Below are positions 54,101 to 64,000 of a stretch of 64,000 nucleotides of DNA, one piece after another. How positions within the stretch are numbered: the first letter of the stretch is position 1; the number at the start of each line of letters is the position of its first letter. Both the position numbers and the translations under genes were made by a program. The DNA is from Bacteroidota bacterium (GTDB taxonomy: Bacteria; Bacteroidota; Bacteroidia; CAILMK01; JAAYUY01), in the NCBI GenBank assembly GCA_018698135.1, contig JABINZ010000028.1, positions 3,698 to 67,697 on the forward strand, read 5' to 3'. A model generated the notes under the pieces. It worked only from the letters and a program-made list of their open reading frames with translations, searched no databases and was not told where the DNA came from.

Positions 54101-55131
54101 TAAACTTTTGGTTTATAAGCTGATTTCATCAATATTTTTTGTTCATCTTTCTCTTCAAATAATTCTCTGAAGTCTTTAATCTCATTTTTTGTTACATAGT
54201 TCCGAACAATTTGCCACCCCAACCATACACCAAGTTGTGCAGGTGAATCTGAAGGAATTCCATATGCATTAGTAAATGGTCCATCATCAATGTAACGAGA
54301 AATTTTAATAGCCTGCGTTTCATATAAAACCTTGCTCAGTAATATTTGATTCCAGATTTTTCCTTCATTTTTCTCACACCATTTAATTTCGTTCTTGCTA
54401 TATCCAATCAATATGGAATCATTCTTTTGTGGTATCATCAATTCAAGAAAAAATAATTTCTTACCTTCATAAATCATTTTTGATAACAAATTGTTTCCAC
54501 TAAATTCATCTTCAGCATACAATTTTCCAAATTCCACTTTTAAAATATCGGTGCTTAAATATGCTTTAGAAAATTTCTTAGATTTATATTTTGGGAATAA
54601 ACCTTCATAATAATGGTAATCAGCTCCAAGATAATAATCTAATGAGAACATCATAATATTCTCAAAACTGGCTGCAGCAACACCAAAATTTGAAATAATA
54701 CTATAAAACTCAGGAACTTCTAATTTAGGATAATAATAGAGCAAATGTTTATATGCATCTTCCAGCTCTTCTTCAATATCGTCTAAATCCTTGTATTGCT
54801 GTTGGCAATCACGATATAGTTCCTGTGTATATTTATCAAAAAAGAAAGCATGAAGACTTTTTGAGAAAAGGGAATCTTCAATTCGTCCTGCCATAGCAAT
54901 CTGCTCAACAAAAACTTGAAACATGGCAGGGTATTGAATCCCAATATCAACCAGTTGATCATCGTAATGTTTTTCATCCAATTGTATTAACACTTCATCA
55001 AACCTATTAATTTCAAGCTCCAATTCTATATTATCAACATTAATTTGATAATTGGATTTAGAATTACATCCAAAAAACAAAAAGGCTATAAAAAGGAGAA
55101 CAATGAATTTGTTATATCTTCGTACCCACAT
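54100..55131 (-). CDS. gldB: Gliding-motility lipoprotein GldB-like
   Basis: Lipoprotein signal (LFFGC). C-terminal IKWCEKNEG...LGVWLGWQIVRNY...AYKPK resembles GldB as I recall it. Close to nadE, a neighbourhood I recall from memory as typical of gldB loci; not verified. Confidence 0.55.
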   Translation of the reverse strand: MWVRRYNKFIVLLFIAFLFFGCNSKSNYQINVDNIELELEINRFDEVLIQLDEKHYDDQLVDIGIQYPAMFQVFVEQIAMAGRIEDSLFSKSLHAFFFDKYTQELYRDCQQQYKDLDDIEEELEDAYKHLLYYYPKLEVPEFYSIISNFGVAAASFENIMMFSLDYYLGADYHYYEGLFPKYKSKKFSKAYLSTDILKVEFGKLYAEDEFSGNNLLSKMIYEGKKLFFLELMIPQKNDSILIGYSKNEIKWCEKNEGKIWNQILLSKVLYETQAIKISRYIDDGPFTNAYGIPSDSPAQLGVWLGWQIVRNYVTKNEIKDFRELFEEKDEQKILMKSAYKPKV

Positions 55132-55174
55132 ATTCTCACACTAGTTATGTATTTCAAGCAAAATTAACGAAATT

Positions 55175-55819
55175 ATGAAAAACTTAATTTTTATAATCCT
55201 GATTACTCTAAGCTTTTCTTCAGTCTATTCGCAAAAGCTTCAATTGGGGCTCAAATTATCTCCTCAATTTTCTTGGATTAAATCAGATAATCCAGAGATT
55301 ATGGATAATAATGGACTAGGAATCGGATTTTCTTACGGCCTAATGGTGAATTATTTCTTTCAGGACAATTATGGTCTCAATTTCGAATTATCGCATAGTT
55401 TACTTCAGTATTCATCCAGTTATAATGACACCTCAAATAATTTAGAAATTGTTAAGTGGAAACAGCAATATATCGAAATACCCATTGCATTAAAAATGCA
55501 AACGAATGAAATTGATGGAATGACTTATTACGGTAAAATAGGTATTAGCCCAATGATAAATACTTCGGCCAAATTGAATGAAATCAATAATAAAAATGAA
55601 ATTAATTTTTTCAATGCTAATATTTTGGTTGGAGCTGGAGTTCACTATGGTTTAGGCGGAAATACTGTTTTGGTTGGTGGAATAACTTTCCACAATGGCT
55701 TATTGCGCATGAACAACAAAAAAATGACAATTGTTGATGATCATATTTTACCGAACGGATTAAAAGATGTTCAGCTTAAACCATCTTATGTATCACTGGA
55801 TTTCGGAATTCTGTTTTAA
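55175..55819 (+). CDS. Outer-membrane beta-barrel protein (porin-family/PorT-like)
   Basis: Signal peptide, alternating beta-strand pattern, C-terminal aromatic residue (GILF). Confidence 0.55.
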   Translation: MKNLIFIILITLSFSSVYSQKLQLGLKLSPQFSWIKSDNPEIMDNNGLGIGFSYGLMVNYFFQDNYGLNFELSHSLLQYSSSYNDTSNNLEIVKWKQQYIEIPIALKMQTNEIDGMTYYGKIGISPMINTSAKLNEINNKNEINFFNANILVGAGVHYGLGGNTVLVGGITFHNGLLRMNNKKMTIVDDHILPNGLKDVQLKPSYVSLDFGILF

Positions 55820-55839
55820 AAATATATAATAATAAAAAA

Positions 55840-57474
55840 ATGCGCATTGCGCTTGCTCAACTTAATTTTCAAATTGGAGCATTTGACTCCAATACGCAAC
55901 AAATTATTTCTGCAATAAATACTGCCAAAGAGCAAAAAGCAGATTTAGTTGTTTTTCCTGAATTGGCAATTTCAGGATATCCTCCACAGGATTTCCTCGA
56001 ATTCGATAGCTTTATTTATAAGTGTTTAAAATCTCTGACAAAAATTTCTGAGCATTGCGATACAATAGCAGCTATTGTGGGAACACCCTATGTTAATCCA
56101 AATACTGGAGGAAAGAAACTGTATAACTCAGCCTGCTTCATTTATGACAAGGAAATAAAGCAAGTAGTACACAAAACATTGCTCCCCGAATATGACATTT
56201 TTGATGAATGCAGGTATTTTGAACCTAATTTCAATTTTGAGTGTATAGATTTTAAAGGTTATAAAATTGCTTTAAGCATTTGTGAGGATTTATGGAATAT
56301 ATATACGCCATATTACTCTAGAAACCCTATGGATGAGCTTATTAAACAATCACCTGACCTGATGATTAATATAGCTGCATCTCCATTTTCATATGCACAT
56401 GATGATGAACGTGAACTGGTTTTAAAAAGAAATGTCGACCGCTATAAAATTCCATTAGTATATGTAAACCATATTGGCGCTCAAACAGAAATCCTATATG
56501 ATGGTGCTTCTAAGGCTATTAGTACAAATGGGAAAATTATTAAACAGCTTGCCCTATTTCAAGAAGAAATTTTTACAATCGAGCTTTCAGACCTTCAAAA
56601 AGAGGTTCAAAAAGAAACTGTTAAACATCCCGAAAAATATCATCTTATCCATGATGGATTGATCATGGGAATCAAAGATTATTTTTCAAAATTAAATTTC
56701 AAAAAAGCAATTATTGGGCTTTCAGGAGGAATAGATTCAGCATTAACATTAGTCCTTTTACAAAGAGCACTTGGGGCAGAAAATGTTAAGGCAATGCTTT
56801 TACCTTCGATGTTCTCATCAGATCATTCTATTAAAGATGCAGTTGACCTAGCCTTAAAACTTGAAGTATCCTATGATATTATCAGTATTAAATCACTTTA
56901 CGAGAGTTTCGAAAAGAGTCTGAATCCATACTTTGAAGGCACATCATTTGATGTTGCTGAAGAAAACCTGCAATCGCGTATTCGTGCTGTATTACTAATG
57001 GCCATGTCGAACAAATTTGGCTACATATTAGTGAATACTTCAAACAAAAGTGAATTAGCCGTAGGCTATGGAACATTATATGGTGACATGTGTGGAGGCT
57101 TATCAGTATTGGGCGATTTATACAAAACAGAAGTAATAAAATTGTCTAAATTCATTAATCGGGAAGAAGAAATTATACCTCTAAACATTTTAACAAAACC
57201 TCCATCAGCAGAATTAAAACCTGATCAAAAAGATAGTGATTCACTCCCCGATTATAGTATATTAGATAAAATTCTCATTAATTATATTGAGAAAAGAAAA
57301 GGTTTTGAAGAATTAACTACGATGGGTTTTGATCCTGTTGTGGTGCGTAAAATACTTAATCTTGTAAATAATAACGAGCATAAACGATATCAAGCACCAC
57401 CTGTGCTCAGAGTATCTGATAAAGCATTTGGAATTGGCAGAAGAATTCCCATTGTAGCAAGTTATTCTATTTAG
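55840..57474 (+). CDS. nadE: Glutamine-dependent NAD+ synthetase
   Basis: N-terminal CN-hydrolase domain (VFPELAISGYPP...ICEDLW) plus C-terminal NAD-synthase domain with SGGIDSAL P-loop. Confidence 0.9.
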   Translation: MRIALAQLNFQIGAFDSNTQQIISAINTAKEQKADLVVFPELAISGYPPQDFLEFDSFIYKCLKSLTKISEHCDTIAAIVGTPYVNPNTGGKKLYNSACFIYDKEIKQVVHKTLLPEYDIFDECRYFEPNFNFECIDFKGYKIALSICEDLWNIYTPYYSRNPMDELIKQSPDLMINIAASPFSYAHDDERELVLKRNVDRYKIPLVYVNHIGAQTEILYDGASKAISTNGKIIKQLALFQEEIFTIELSDLQKEVQKETVKHPEKYHLIHDGLIMGIKDYFSKLNFKKAIIGLSGGIDSALTLVLLQRALGAENVKAMLLPSMFSSDHSIKDAVDLALKLEVSYDIISIKSLYESFEKSLNPYFEGTSFDVAEENLQSRIRAVLLMAMSNKFGYILVNTSNKSELAVGYGTLYGDMCGGLSVLGDLYKTEVIKLSKFINREEEIIPLNILTKPPSAELKPDQKDSDSLPDYSILDKILINYIEKRKGFEELTTMGFDPVVVRKILNLVNNNEHKRYQAPPVLRVSDKAFGIGRRIPIVASYSI

Positions 57475-58699
57475 ATTCCTCAGCTACTTCTGGTTTTGAG
57501 AGTAATAATAGCATAAATGTGAAAAAGCCAATACCCGCTTGCCTTTCAAGTGTCGACTCTGCTAAAAATGTAAAAATCATTATTGTCAGAAATGCAACAA
57601 GAATAGCTGAATTTTGTTTTATGCCGACCTTATAAGCTGAAATCAATAAATAAAGGAATAAGACAAAACCCACTAAACCCATTCCTGCCAATATTTCAAG
57701 AAACTGATTATGAGGCCCTCTCCTATTCACCATGACTAAGCTTGATTTTTCAGCATCAAAAATTTCCCTCATTTCCGCTTTAACATCAGCCAACCCTACT
57801 CCAATAACAGGCGATTTTAAAAACACCTGAAAACTTTTCTGCCAATACACTAACCGCATGGATATTGAATAGTGATTAATATCTCCCCCATTGCGGAATG
57901 TATTAATATCTTCTACTGATTTTTGATACCGATTATTCAACACTGGAATATATTTTACAGAAGCGATTCCAATGGAAACTATCAATACCAATGAAAATAG
58001 TGTTAAAACAATTTTGCTATTTTTAAAACCATAATAGATCAATAGAACAAAACCACAACCATATAAAGCAAACAATCCGGTGCGTGCAGCAATTGTATGA
58101 ATAAAAACAAGGTTAAAAAACAGTAAACTATAGTTAATAATCCTCAGATATTTTCTATTAAAAAAATACTTATGTAAGAATAGCCCTGAAATAATGGCAA
58201 AGGCTAATATAAAACTATAATAAATATGGTTAATATTGGCAATGATGGGAGTTGGTTTTGCTTTAAAGATCAGCCTGTTTATCTCATCATAATGAATTAG
58301 ATAATTAATGAATGACAATAAGCCTGCAAAAAAGGTCAACACAATAAAAATAGATAAAATTCTGAAGATGCTCTTTTTCGAATAGTAATTAGGATAAATA
58401 AAAGCTATTGGCAATAATAGAAACGGTAGTTTCAACTGCAAATCCTTCCAAAATAAATTCAAATTGCTGGTATAAAAAATCCCCAGAATAATCAGCATAA
58501 AATAGAGTAAAAGTAGAATCGAAACCTTATCCTGAAAAAGTTTTTGAAAGATTTCTTTAGGAGAATGCAGAAGAAAAGGTTGAATTAACAACGGTAGTAA
58601 TGAAATGCTTAATATAAAAGGAGAAAATAGCAGACCAAACAAAAACAATATTATTCCTGCAAAACCAATATTATCTTTTATCAAACTTTTAGTATTCAA
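57467..58699 (-). CDS. O-antigen ligase/polymerase-like (Wzy_C family) membrane protein
   Basis: 410 aa, more than 10 TM helices. Loop with RRGPHNQFLEILAGMGLVG, typical of the O-antigen ligase domain. Confidence 0.65.
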   Translation of the reverse strand: MNTKSLIKDNIGFAGIILFLFGLLFSPFILSISLLPLLIQPFLLHSPKEIFQKLFQDKVSILLLLYFMLIILGIFYTSNLNLFWKDLQLKLPFLLLPIAFIYPNYYSKKSIFRILSIFIVLTFFAGLLSFINYLIHYDEINRLIFKAKPTPIIANINHIYYSFILAFAIISGLFLHKYFFNRKYLRIINYSLLFFNLVFIHTIAARTGLFALYGCGFVLLIYYGFKNSKIVLTLFSLVLIVSIGIASVKYIPVLNNRYQKSVEDINTFRNGGDINHYSISMRLVYWQKSFQVFLKSPVIGVGLADVKAEMREIFDAEKSSLVMVNRRGPHNQFLEILAGMGLVGFVLFLYLLISAYKVGIKQNSAILVAFLTIMIFTFLAESTLERQAGIGFFTFMLLLLSKPEVAEESK

Positions 58700-58710
58700 A
58701 CCTTAGAAAT

Positions 58711-59499
58711 TTATTCAAGGAAATAGTTTAGTCTTACCCTTGTAAGTTGATCCCTGATTTTAAGTTTCTTTGCAGTATACTTGGAAAGCTTGATTATTTC
58801 ATTGGATTGTGAATCGTCTTCATCAAGATTCCCAACAACTTTAACAAAAACAGACGTACCATTCATGAGGTTGGTAACCTGAATAACGGTGCCAATTGGT
58901 GCTTTTTTATGAATTGCAAGTGCTTTCCTCGAGCTTATTGTTGGATCTTCAATATAAGTTGCTATTCCTTCTTCAATAATTTCGTTAGGATTGGGAACTA
59001 CCTTTTGAGTTTCTTCTTTTACGGTTTCAGTCGATTTTACAGCTTCGCTTGTGTTTTTCACAATTTGTTCTGCATTGATGATTTTAATGATTTTTATTTC
59101 ATCACCATCTTTGATTGCATTATCAGAAAGCTTATTCCATTTTTTGATATCTTCAACTGACACATTATAAGTTTTTGATATACGATATAATGTTTCACCC
59201 TTTTTTACAATATGAATAATGGTTTCACTTTGTTTTTCCTTTTGAGTAATAGGTATTAATATTTCCTGATTTAGCTTAAGCCCTTCAATTGGATCGTTGG
59301 CATTTTTAATCAGTTCAACAGTCGTATTATATCTTTTGCTAATCGCAAATAAACCTTGACCTTTATCCACTTTGTGAATAATATATTGCTTTCCTTCTAT
59401 AGTTTTAATACCAACAGAATCTTTTAGTCCGAAAACTGGGATTGTGATAGTAATTAAAAACCCTATTAACAGCAGGTATTTCCCATTCATTTTCAACAT
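58711..59499 (-). CDS. LysM-repeat peptidoglycan-binding protein
   Basis: Two LysM repeats (HKVDKGQGLFAISKRYN..., HIVKKGETLYRISKTYN...) plus a C-terminal domain that may be RlpA/DPBB-like. Confidence 0.7.
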   Translation of the reverse strand: MLKMNGKYLLLIGFLITITIPVFGLKDSVGIKTIEGKQYIIHKVDKGQGLFAISKRYNTTVELIKNANDPIEGLKLNQEILIPITQKEKQSETIIHIVKKGETLYRISKTYNVSVEDIKKWNKLSDNAIKDGDEIKIIKIINAEQIVKNTSEAVKSTETVKEETQKVVPNPNEIIEEGIATYIEDPTISSRKALAIHKKAPIGTVIQVTNLMNGTSVFVKVVGNLDEDDSQSNEIIKLSKYTAKKLKIRDQLTRVRLNYFLE

Positions 59500-59524
59500 C
59501 TTATGATTTCAAATAATTATAATG

Positions 59525-59532
59525 CAAATTTA
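59525..59532 (-). promoter_or_regulatory. Bacteroidota-type -7 promoter box (TAnnTTTG) for the LysM gene
   Basis: Minus strand reads TAAATTTG, 25 nt before the ATG at 59499. Confidence 0.35.
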
Positions 59533-59672
59533 GATCAAAAGCCAATTTTCATCTGCTTAAATTGTCCACATTATTTTGTTAGCAGCTGATAAATGGTGAA
59601 ATTTGAAAGACTTTTTTGCTAGAAGATACTTCTTCTTAAAAAGGATGATACTTTATTTAAATTCAAAACAAA

Positions 59673-61052
59673 ATGAGAAAGAAATTAATCCTAGCTGTTT
59701 CCATATTATTCATAGCCTCCAATTTTAGTTTTGCGAGTGATAGTTTGAAGAAAGATGCTGTTATTGTCAAACTTGATTTAAAACAAGAAGTTAATCCTTC
59801 AGCCAGAAGAAATACAGTTAAAGCATTCGACATGGCAGAAAAGTTAAATGCTGATGCTATTATTATTGATATGAATACACCAGGTGGACTTTTAAACGAA
59901 GCCGATAGTATCCGAACAAAAATTATTAATTCAACTATTCCTGTTTATGTTTTGGTAAACCCAAATGCAGCATCAGCAGGAGCTTTAATATCTATTGCCT
60001 GTAATAAAATTTATATGTCGAACGGATCGACTATTGGAGCAGCAACAGTTGTTACACAAAATGCAGAGGCACTTCCTGACAAATATCAATCTTATATGCG
60101 TGCTATGATGCGCTCAACTGCTGAATTCCGAGGTCGTAATCCAGATATTGCTGAAGCTATGGTTGATCAAAATTTAGAAGTAGAAGGTATTTCACCAAAG
60201 GGTCAGGTTTTAACATTAACACGTTCAGAAGCAATAGAAGTAGGCTATTGTGACGGAAATGCTGAAACCATAGAAGAAGTTCTTGCAGCAGAAGGATATG
60301 TTAATTATGAAATCAAAGAATTAACATTTACCGGTATCGATAAAATTATAAACTTTCTAATAAATCCTGCTATTCATGGTGTTTTAATTTTAATCATTAT
60401 TGGCGGTATTTATTATGAGTTACAGAGCCCCGGAATAGGTTTTCCAATAGCAGCCTCAGTTATTGCTGCTATATTATATTTCGCACCTCTCTATCTTGAG
60501 AGCCTTGCTGCAAGTTGGGAGATCTTATTATTTGTTGCGGGATTGATACTGATAGGATTGGAAATCTTTGTCATCCCAGGCTTTGGTGTAGCCGGAGTAT
60601 TGGGTCTAATATGTATGTTAACGGGTTTAACGTTAAGCATGGTTGGTAATGTGTACTTCGATTTTTCATTTTCAGGTGGTCGCGATTTGGTTAAAGCAAT
60701 GCTAACTGTAACAATATCATTTATTCTAGCCATCGTATTTATTTTTGTTTCAGGAAAGAAAGTATTAGGCAGTCGTTTATTTCAGCGACTTGTTTTACAT
60801 GAAACATTGGCCAAAGGGAATTATCGTGCAAATGAACATCCTTCTGAATCAAATAATACATCTGATTTATCCGGAGAACATGCAGTAGCATATACCGAAA
60901 TGCATCCAAGTGGCAAAATATTGCTAAATAATGACATTTATGATGCGATCAGCGAAGGACAATATATTTCTAAAGGTAGTCCAGTTAGAGTGATTGAAGA
61001 TTTAGGAAATAAGCTTATTGTAAGAGAAGATAATTCAAAAGATATCGCATGA
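59673..61052 (+). CDS. NfeD-family membrane-bound ClpP-class serine protease
   Basis: IIIDMNTPGG motif, central TM bundle, C-terminal NfeD OB-fold-like tail. Confidence 0.75.
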   Translation: MRKKLILAVSILFIASNFSFASDSLKKDAVIVKLDLKQEVNPSARRNTVKAFDMAEKLNADAIIIDMNTPGGLLNEADSIRTKIINSTIPVYVLVNPNAASAGALISIACNKIYMSNGSTIGAATVVTQNAEALPDKYQSYMRAMMRSTAEFRGRNPDIAEAMVDQNLEVEGISPKGQVLTLTRSEAIEVGYCDGNAETIEEVLAAEGYVNYEIKELTFTGIDKIINFLINPAIHGVLILIIIGGIYYELQSPGIGFPIAASVIAAILYFAPLYLESLAASWEILLFVAGLILIGLEIFVIPGFGVAGVLGLICMLTGLTLSMVGNVYFDFSFSGGRDLVKAMLTVTISFILAIVFIFVSGKKVLGSRLFQRLVLHETLAKGNYRANEHPSESNNTSDLSGEHAVAYTEMHPSGKILLNNDIYDAISEGQYISKGSPVRVIEDLGNKLIVREDNSKDIA

Positions 61053-61693
61053 AAATCCCTTACACAAAACTGAGCGGCTTAGTACTGGTTTACTTTATGT
61101 CAGTTTTTATTGTTCAGGCACAAACACCATTTTTTAAATCTGGATTATTAATGGGTGTAAATGGCTCGCAAATAACAGGAGATAACATGGTCGGTTTTGA
61201 TAAAGGTGGACTACTCATCGGACCTTTTGTTGAGCATGAATTTTCAGACATTTCTACCTTGCGTATGGAATTATTGTTTAGCATGAAAGGAAGTGCAGAT
61301 GCTAAAAGCAAACCCGATCCTAACAGAAATTGGGATTTATATCGTGTAAATTATTTGGAAGTGCCAATACTTTTTGATTATCATGTGTATCAAAAATTTG
61401 GTCTAAACGGAGGTTTGGCAGTTGGAGTTAATATAGGAGAGTATTATATCGATGTATATAAGTCAGAATATCCTGACTTTAGTCTGGCAAAAAAAATTGA
61501 ATATAGTTACTTGATTGGTGGATATTATGAACATAATGCTAAAATGGAATTTTTTATCCGCTACCAAAGCAGCATTATTAATTTTTCCACAGCCAATAAT
61601 ACCCCGTTTTTTCAATTATGGGGACAAAGAAGACCCGGTTACTTAAATGTGCTGGCTAGTTTTGGTTTACGTTATTATTTCGGGCAAAAATAA
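61049..61693 (+). CDS. Outer-membrane beta-barrel protein
   Basis: Signal peptide (VQAQ), beta-strand periodicity, similar in style to 55175..55819. 4-nt overlap with the NfeD gene. Confidence 0.5.
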   Translation: MKIPYTKLSGLVLVYFMSVFIVQAQTPFFKSGLLMGVNGSQITGDNMVGFDKGGLLIGPFVEHEFSDISTLRMELLFSMKGSADAKSKPDPNRNWDLYRVNYLEVPILFDYHVYQKFGLNGGLAVGVNIGEYYIDVYKSEYPDFSLAKKIEYSYLIGGYYEHNAKMEFFIRYQSSIINFSTANNTPFFQLWGQRRPGYLNVLASFGLRYYFGQK

Positions 61694-61717
61694 AATTTCG
61701 TGATTTCAAAATATCCT

Positions 61718-61725
61718 TAATTTTG
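61718..61725 (+). promoter_or_regulatory. Bacteroidota-type -7 promoter box (TAnnTTTG)
   Basis: TAATTTTG, 48 nt before the ATG at 61774. It overlaps the TTG start used in the ORF track (61723), arguing for the ATG start. Confidence 0.3.
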
Positions 61726-61773
61726 TATTTGCTAAGTCATTCAGCAATAAATAAAACTTCAAAGGAAATACGA

Positions 61774-62304
61774 ATGAAAAATAAAGATTTAAGAATTAAT
61801 TTAATAATAGCATCTTTTATTGTTATTGGAATTGTAATTGGATTCATCACCCGTCTTTTTGTTGGAATCCCTAATTTTACCGCTATGGGAGCCATTGCCT
61901 TATTTGGTGGTGCATATCTGAGCAATAAAAAGTTAGCGATTATTATCCCGTTAATGGTTTTATTTATTACTGATCTTTTTATTGGTTTGCATAATACCAT
62001 GATATTCGTTTATATCCCTTTTACTTTAATAATACTGATGGGAATATATTTACGTAAAAACAAAAAGCCCATCCTCATTTTTGGCGCATCTATTCTTGGT
62101 TCAGTTCTCTTTTATCTCATATCAAATTTGGGTGTATGGATAACAGGAATGGGTTATTCACCTATTCTAACTCAAGTGTATATAGACGGAATTCCTTTCT
62201 TTAGAAATATGTTAGCAGGAGATTTAGCTTTCAATGCTGTTTTCTTCACTAGTGCTTATTTTATTTTTGAAAAGACCACTGCCATTGCCACAGTAAATGA
62301 GTAA
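61774..62304 (+). CDS. Hydrophobic membrane protein (about 5 TM), unknown function
   Basis: The ORF track begins at the TTG at 61723. I prefer the ATG at 61774 (MKNKDLRINL...) downstream of the -7 box. I recognise no motif. Confidence 0.5.
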   Translation: MKNKDLRINLIIASFIVIGIVIGFITRLFVGIPNFTAMGAIALFGGAYLSNKKLAIIIPLMVLFITDLFIGLHNTMIFVYIPFTLIILMGIYLRKNKKPILIFGASILGSVLFYLISNLGVWITGMGYSPILTQVYIDGIPFFRNMLAGDLAFNAVFFTSAYFIFEKTTAIATVNE

Positions 62305-62965
62305 TCAGTTTACTTTAAACGATTCATATAAACATAAGGGACTAAGGCGCAAGCTGGTTCAAAAGGTTAAGGAAAAAGGCATCTATAATGATGCTGTTCT
62401 TAATGCCATTGAAACAGTTCCTCGACATTTCTTTCTTGATAGTGCTTTTCATGAATTGGCCTACGAAGATCAGGCTATGCAGATCGGATCTGGTCAAACA
62501 ATCTCACAGCCTTTTACGGTTGCTTATCAAACTCAAGTGCTTGATATTGTTGAAGGGGATAAAGTATTGGAAATTGGATTAGGTTCTGGATATCAGGCTT
62601 GTATATTATTGGAACTTGGTGCAGTTGTTTACTCAATTGAACGCATAGAGCCCTTGTTTGAACGCACCAAAGCATTATTAAGCAAATTGGGCTATCAAGC
62701 CAATCTTTTTTTAGGTGATGGAACCATTGGTCTTGAACAACATGCACCTTTTGATAAAATAATTGTTACTGCTGCTGCTCCTGAAATTCCAGACAATTTA
62801 TTAAATCAACTAGCAATTGGAGGCATTATGGTTATTCCTGTGGGAGGACGTGAAAACCAAATCATGTATAAAGTTTGCCGGACTTCTGAAAAAGATTATA
62901 GCAAACAAGCACTCGATGGATTTCGTTTTGTTCCACTAATTGGCAAAAAAGGCTGGAAAAGATAA
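62297..62965 (+). CDS. pcm: Protein-L-isoaspartate O-methyltransferase
   Basis: GSGQTISQP, VLEIGLGSGYQA SAM motif, PLIGKKGW-type C-terminus. Confidence 0.9.
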   Translation: MSNQFTLNDSYKHKGLRRKLVQKVKEKGIYNDAVLNAIETVPRHFFLDSAFHELAYEDQAMQIGSGQTISQPFTVAYQTQVLDIVEGDKVLEIGLGSGYQACILLELGAVVYSIERIEPLFERTKALLSKLGYQANLFLGDGTIGLEQHAPFDKIIVTAAAPEIPDNLLNQLAIGGIMVIPVGGRENQIMYKVCRTSEKDYSKQALDGFRFVPLIGKKGWKR

Positions 62966-63029
62966 CACGATAAATAATAAGCTTTGTGGAATGCTTGCTA
63001 GTACCAATATATATATTCTAACTATTCAT

Positions 63030-63037
63030 TATATTTG
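63030..63037 (+). promoter_or_regulatory. Bacteroidota-type -7 promoter box (TAnnTTTG)
   Basis: TATATTTG, 19 nt before the ATG at 63057. Confidence 0.4.
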
Positions 63038-63056
63038 ATACATTCATAAGATTGTC

Positions 63057-63938
63057 ATGAAATTTCGTTTTGTATTTCAATTTTGTTTCCTAATCATTGC
63101 TATTTTGTCTCAGTCATCAGCCTTAATTGCTCAGGTCGAAGAAGATGAAGGATACTTAACAACTAGCTTTAGAGTAACTGACGAAAACAAGCTTTTTATC
63201 AATGGAGTAAAAATAATATATACCGACTTAAACACGAATCAGGTAGAATATAAAACAGCTTCAAATGGCAAAGTTGATATCAAATTGCGTCTCGACAGAA
63301 ATTATCTGATCATTATTTCAGATCCTGCTTATTACACAAAAACAATCGAGGTAAAAACACACATCCGAGAAATTGGTTACAGTACATCCTTCTTTTCCAA
63401 TATTGAAGTCACACTTTTGGAAAATTGTGAAAAGAATCCATCTCGTTCAAACATTCTTGACAAACCAGTAGGACGTGTTATTTATGATAATTACAAACGA
63501 AAATTCGTATACGATTATAGCTATACTGAAAAAATGGCTACGCTATATATGGAAGAATACTATATTCGATGTGAACAGTTTGAATTAGATCAGGAACTTG
63601 CATTAGCTGAAGAAAAGCAAAAACAAGCACTGGAAAAAACCAATATTGAGGCCTTGCAGAAAGAAGAAAAAAAGAAAGCCAGTTTACTTGAAAAAGAAAA
63701 GAAAGAAATTGAAATAGAACAAAAAAAAGCAGCTGAAGAAGAAAAAAAGAAAATTGCTGAAGCCAAAGTAAAGCTTAAACAACTTGAAAAAGCAGATAAA
63801 GAAAGAAAGAAAATCGAAGAAAAAGAGAAAAAACAATTTGCCAAGGAAGAAAAAATTAGACAAGAGGCCAAAGATGCTGCTGCCCGAAAAGCTATTGAAA
63901 ATGAAAAAATAGTATTAGCCGCTAAAAATGTTCGTTAA
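63057..63938 (+). CDS. Secreted hypothetical protein with Lys/Glu-rich coiled-coil C-terminus
   Basis: Signal peptide. Beta-rich N-terminal domain. The last 110 or so aa are K/E/A low-complexity repeats (EKKKASLLEKEKKEIEIEQKKAAEEEKKK...). Confidence 0.55.
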   Translation: MKFRFVFQFCFLIIAILSQSSALIAQVEEDEGYLTTSFRVTDENKLFINGVKIIYTDLNTNQVEYKTASNGKVDIKLRLDRNYLIIISDPAYYTKTIEVKTHIREIGYSTSFFSNIEVTLLENCEKNPSRSNILDKPVGRVIYDNYKRKFVYDYSYTEKMATLYMEEYYIRCEQFELDQELALAEEKQKQALEKTNIEALQKEEKKKASLLEKEKKEIEIEQKKAAEEEKKKIAEAKVKLKQLEKADKERKKIEEKEKKQFAKEEKIRQEAKDAAARKAIENEKIVLAAKNVR

Positions 63939-64000
63939 GGCACATAGTTTACACAAGTTAAAGATTAGACTTTACACTAAATTAGTTTCTAACCTTACTG

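Noticed and set aside
63590-63871. 93-aa minus-strand ORF rich in Ser/Phe/Ala.
   Set aside because: It is the mirror image of the K/E/A-rich repeat coding region of 63057..63938, a low-complexity shadow ORF.
1-64000. Search for mobile elements, CRISPR arrays, defence systems, rRNA and tRNA genes.
   Set aside because: I recognised no transposase, integrase, recombinase, Cas, restriction or toxin-like ORFs, no regularly spaced direct repeats and no RNA gene signatures. Base composition looks uniform, so nothing suggests a recent island.

Overview
AT-rich chromosome segment that looks Bacteroidota-type: recurrent TAnnTTTG -7 promoter boxes, a T9SS C-terminal-domain protein and a GldB-like lipoprotein. 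It is dominated by anaerobic redox and energy-conservation genes. I saw no rRNA, tRNA, CRISPR array, transposase or integrase. Left to right: (1) a Tat-exported molybdopterin oxidoreductase of the polysulfide/thiosulfate-reductase type (PsrABC-like), followed by a truncated YeeE-like transporter and preceded by mobA and a Crp/Fnr regulator. (2) An archaemetzincin. (3) A sigma-54 response regulator plus two tandem paralogous sensor kinases whose periplasmic loops carry CXXCH and CX4CH motifs. (4) An unusual four-gene operon: a Tat-FeS protein and an NrfD-like membrane protein with no catalytic subunit, bracketed by two membrane-tethered GcvH-like proteins, one fused to a periplasmic PstS-type binding domain. 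(5) rseC-rnfBCDGEA. (6) Mn-type and Fe-type superoxide dismutases separated by a structured spacer, then an M64 peptidase. (7) A NikR / FmdE-like / His-rich transporter operon. (8) An H2 region: hoxFUYH-hoxW (NAD-linked group 3d type), hypFCDE, two Cys-rich paralogues, hypA, an SDR fusion, then a seven-gene operon hdrA-like / qmoC-like / hdrA-like / mvhD / mvhG / mvhA / protease, a second Crp/Fnr, hypB and rex. (9) Housekeeping and envelope genes (T9SS cargo, gldB-like, nadE, O-antigen-ligase-like, LysM, NfeD, pcm). The best candidates for an undescribed system are the GcvH-like/FeS/NrfD module with its haem-motif kinases (about 6.3-16 kb) and the Qmo-like-Mvh hydrogenase operon (42.3-50.4 kb). 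All functional calls come from motif and architecture recognition by eye; no database search was run.
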